A stretch of 64,000 nucleotides of DNA, from assembly GCA_038141705.1 (NCBI GenBank), contig JAYQIQ010000004.1, positions 519,135 through 583,134 on the forward strand. The letters run 5' to 3'. A program made the translations under genes and the position numbers. The stretch is from Candidatus Eutrophomonas brisbanensis (GTDB lineage: Bacteria; Pseudomonadota; Gammaproteobacteria; Burkholderiales; Eutrophovitaceae). Below the pieces are notes generated by a model. It saw nothing but the letters and a program-made list of their open reading frames with translations. It was not told the DNA's origin and made no database searches. Position 1 is the stretch's first letter. Every line of letters starts with the position of its first letter. Positions 62,379 to 64,000 of this stretch are shown here, piece after piece.

Positions 62379-64000
62379 GCAGCACCTGCTTTGGCAGTTT
62401 GAAGGTAAAACTTTCTCATATCCCAAGCTCCGGTCGGGCATCGCTCAGCACACAACCCGCAATGCAAACAAACGTCCTCGTCTTTAAACATGACCCTTCC
62501 GGTTTTCAAAGCCGAGCTAACATACAAGTCCTGAGTGGTATTTGTCGACTTCGCTGTCAAACGTTCCCGCACCGCTTTCTCAGGGCCATTTTCAGTGAAG
62601 GTAATGCAATCCATCGGACAAATATCGGTGCAGGCATCACACTCAATACACAGCGGCGAAGTAAACACCGTCTGTACATCACAGTTCAAACAGCGCTGGG
62701 CCTCACTCATTGCCAATTTAAAGTCAAAGCCAACCTCAACCTCGACTTTGATATCTTTCAACGCGATCTTTTGATCAACCAATGGGACCTTGTTTCTCAG
62801 ATCATTCGAGATGTCATTGTCATAGGTCCACTCGTGGATACCCATTTTTTGACTGGTGAGATTCACGTCCGGTGACGGGCGATCAGAAACCGAACCACCA
62901 GAACAAAGTCTGTCAATGGATATTGCCGCCTCATGCCCGTGCGCGACCGCCCAAATAATATTCTTCGGACCAAACGCAGCATCGCCTCCAAAAAATACTT
63001 TCTTGTTCGTGCTCTGGAAAGTCGTTGGATTCAATTTCGGTAACCCGCTATCCAAAAACTTTACCCCGCAGTCACTCTCGATCCACGGAAATGCATTCTC
63101 TTGCCCTATTGCAACGAGGACTTCATCACAGGGAATCACCTCAGGAGCATCTCCTGTTGGAACTAAACGCCTTTTCCCTTTTTCGTCATAACGGACTTCA
63201 ACGATTTCAAATTCAACGCCCTTGAGCTTACCTTTGTCATGTAAAAAACGTTTGGGTACCCGGTAATTCAGGATTGGGATCCCCTCATGAATCGCATCTT
63301 CTTTCTCCCAGGGGCTTGCCTTCATTTCCTCAAAGCCACTGCGAACGACGACCGTGACCTCTTTGCCCCCGAGTCTTCTCGCGGTGCGGCAGCAATCCAT
63401 CGCGGTGTTACCACCGCCCAACACCACCACGCGTTTGGAAATTTTTGACACGTGTCCAAACGACACGGAAGAGAGCCAATCGATACCAATATGGATATGC
63501 TTCGCGGCTTCCGCTCTTCCTTCGATTTGTATGTCCCGACCTCTAGGAGCTCCAGCTCCCACGAAGACCGCATCAAAGTCCTCTTCGAGCAAAGCTTGAA
63601 GGCTATCTATTCGTACTCCATTTTTGATTTCAACTCCAAGCCCCTCGATGTAGCCGACTTCTTCATCGATGACTGACTCAGGCAGCCTGAATCTCGGGAT
63701 TTGGCTGCGAATCATTCCAGCAGATTTTTTATCCTGATCAAATATCACGACCTCGTATCCGATCAACGACAGATCTCGCGCGACCGTCAAAGAAGAGTGA
63801 CCCGCCCCAATACACGCTATTTTCTTTCCATTGGTTTTTTCAGGCGCACTCGGTAGCAATCTTTCGAAATTGGTCTTGTTGTCTGCAGCCACGCGCTTGA
63901 GACGACAAATCGCAACGGGCTCAGGTTTCTCAGCATTTTTCTCTTCCACGCGCCCGCGTCTGCATGCAGGTTCACACGGACGATCACAAGTCCGCCCGAG
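62360..64000 (-). CDS. GltD-like NAD(P)H flavin oxidoreductase fused to a C-terminal 2x[4Fe-4S] ferredoxin domain; N-terminus runs off the window end
   Basis: The frame stays open to 64000 (LGRTCDRPCEPACRRG upstream of the listed start). IACIGAGHSSLTVA and VVVLGGGNTAMDC are dinucleotide folds. CLNCDVQTVFTSPLCIECDACTDICP and CLHCGLCAERCP are the cluster motifs. Confidence 0.85.
   Translation of the reverse strand, partial: LGRTCDRPCEPACRRGRVEEKNAEKPEPVAICRLKRVAADNKTNFERLLPSAPEKTNGKKIACIGAGHSSLTVARDLSLIGYEVVIFDQDKKSAGMIRSQIPRFRLPESVIDEEVGYIEGLGVEIKNGVRIDSLQALLEEDFDAVFVGAGAPRGRDIQIEGRAEAAKHIHIGIDWLSSVSFGHVSKISKRVVVLGGGNTAMDCCRTARRLGGKEVTVVVRSGFEEMKASPWEKEDAIHEGIPILNYRVPKRFLHDKGKLKGVEFEIVEVRYDEKGKRRLVPTGDAPEVIPCDEVLVAIGQENAFPWIESDCGVKFLDSGLPKLNPTTFQSTNKKVFFGGDAAFGPKNIIWAVAHGHEAAISIDRLCSGGSVSDRPSPDVNLTSQKMGIHEWTYDNDISNDLRNKVPLVDQKIALKDIKVEVEVGFDFKLAMSEAQRCLNCDVQTVFTSPLCIECDACTDICPMDCITFTENGPEKAVRERLTAKSTNTTQDLYVSSALKTGRVMFKDEDVCLHCGLCAERCPTGAWDMRKFYLQTAKAGAACQNAK

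Noticed and set aside
62360-62441. An 82-nt overlap between korA (ATG 62441) and the upstream gltD-like gene
   Set aside because: A GTG at 62378 is preceded by AGGTG and leaves about 8 residues before the conserved FVIKF start of the domain. That is more plausible, so the long overlap is probably an ORF-caller artefact.

Overview
This 64 kb segment is mostly housekeeping chromosome, and its gene order resembles a Pseudomonas-type gammaproteobacterium (inferred from synteny only). On the minus strand it carries secA, a DUF721/DciA-like gene (plus strand), lpxC and a complete dcw cluster from ftsZ to mraZ. Next come RNase P RNA (rnpB), pyrC, rsmI, diaA/dolP and hldC. The rest comprises a yejABEF-type peptide ABC importer, coaX-birA, an enolase-superfamily gene, glnS and an unassigned 4-gene operon (ThDP enzyme, methyltransferase, TauD dioxygenase, HpcH aldolase). 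It continues with a Gram-negative (class GN, marine proteobacterial type) sortase locus with its VIT-vWA target, mscS, small accessory genes and ettA. The final part holds a GntR / EctD-like dioxygenase / SAF-dehydrogenase operon, pepN, an arsC-family gene, and a hemerythrin-korB-korA-gltD/ferredoxin cluster that runs off the right edge. The most conspicuous property is technical. About 20 single-base frame disruptions and one in-frame TAA interrupt otherwise well-conserved genes, including essential ones (secA, murB, murD, murE, murF), and where a run could be identified at the shift site they sit mostly at homopolymers. I read these as sequence errors rather than biology. I found no CRISPR array, mobile element, prophage or recognisable defence genes, and no compelling evidence for a wholly new system. 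The best second-look candidates are the sortase locus with its small third gene, the 4-gene operon, the EctD-like operon, the C-terminally anchored YejA-like binding protein, and the hemerythrin/Kor/GltD-ferredoxin cluster.
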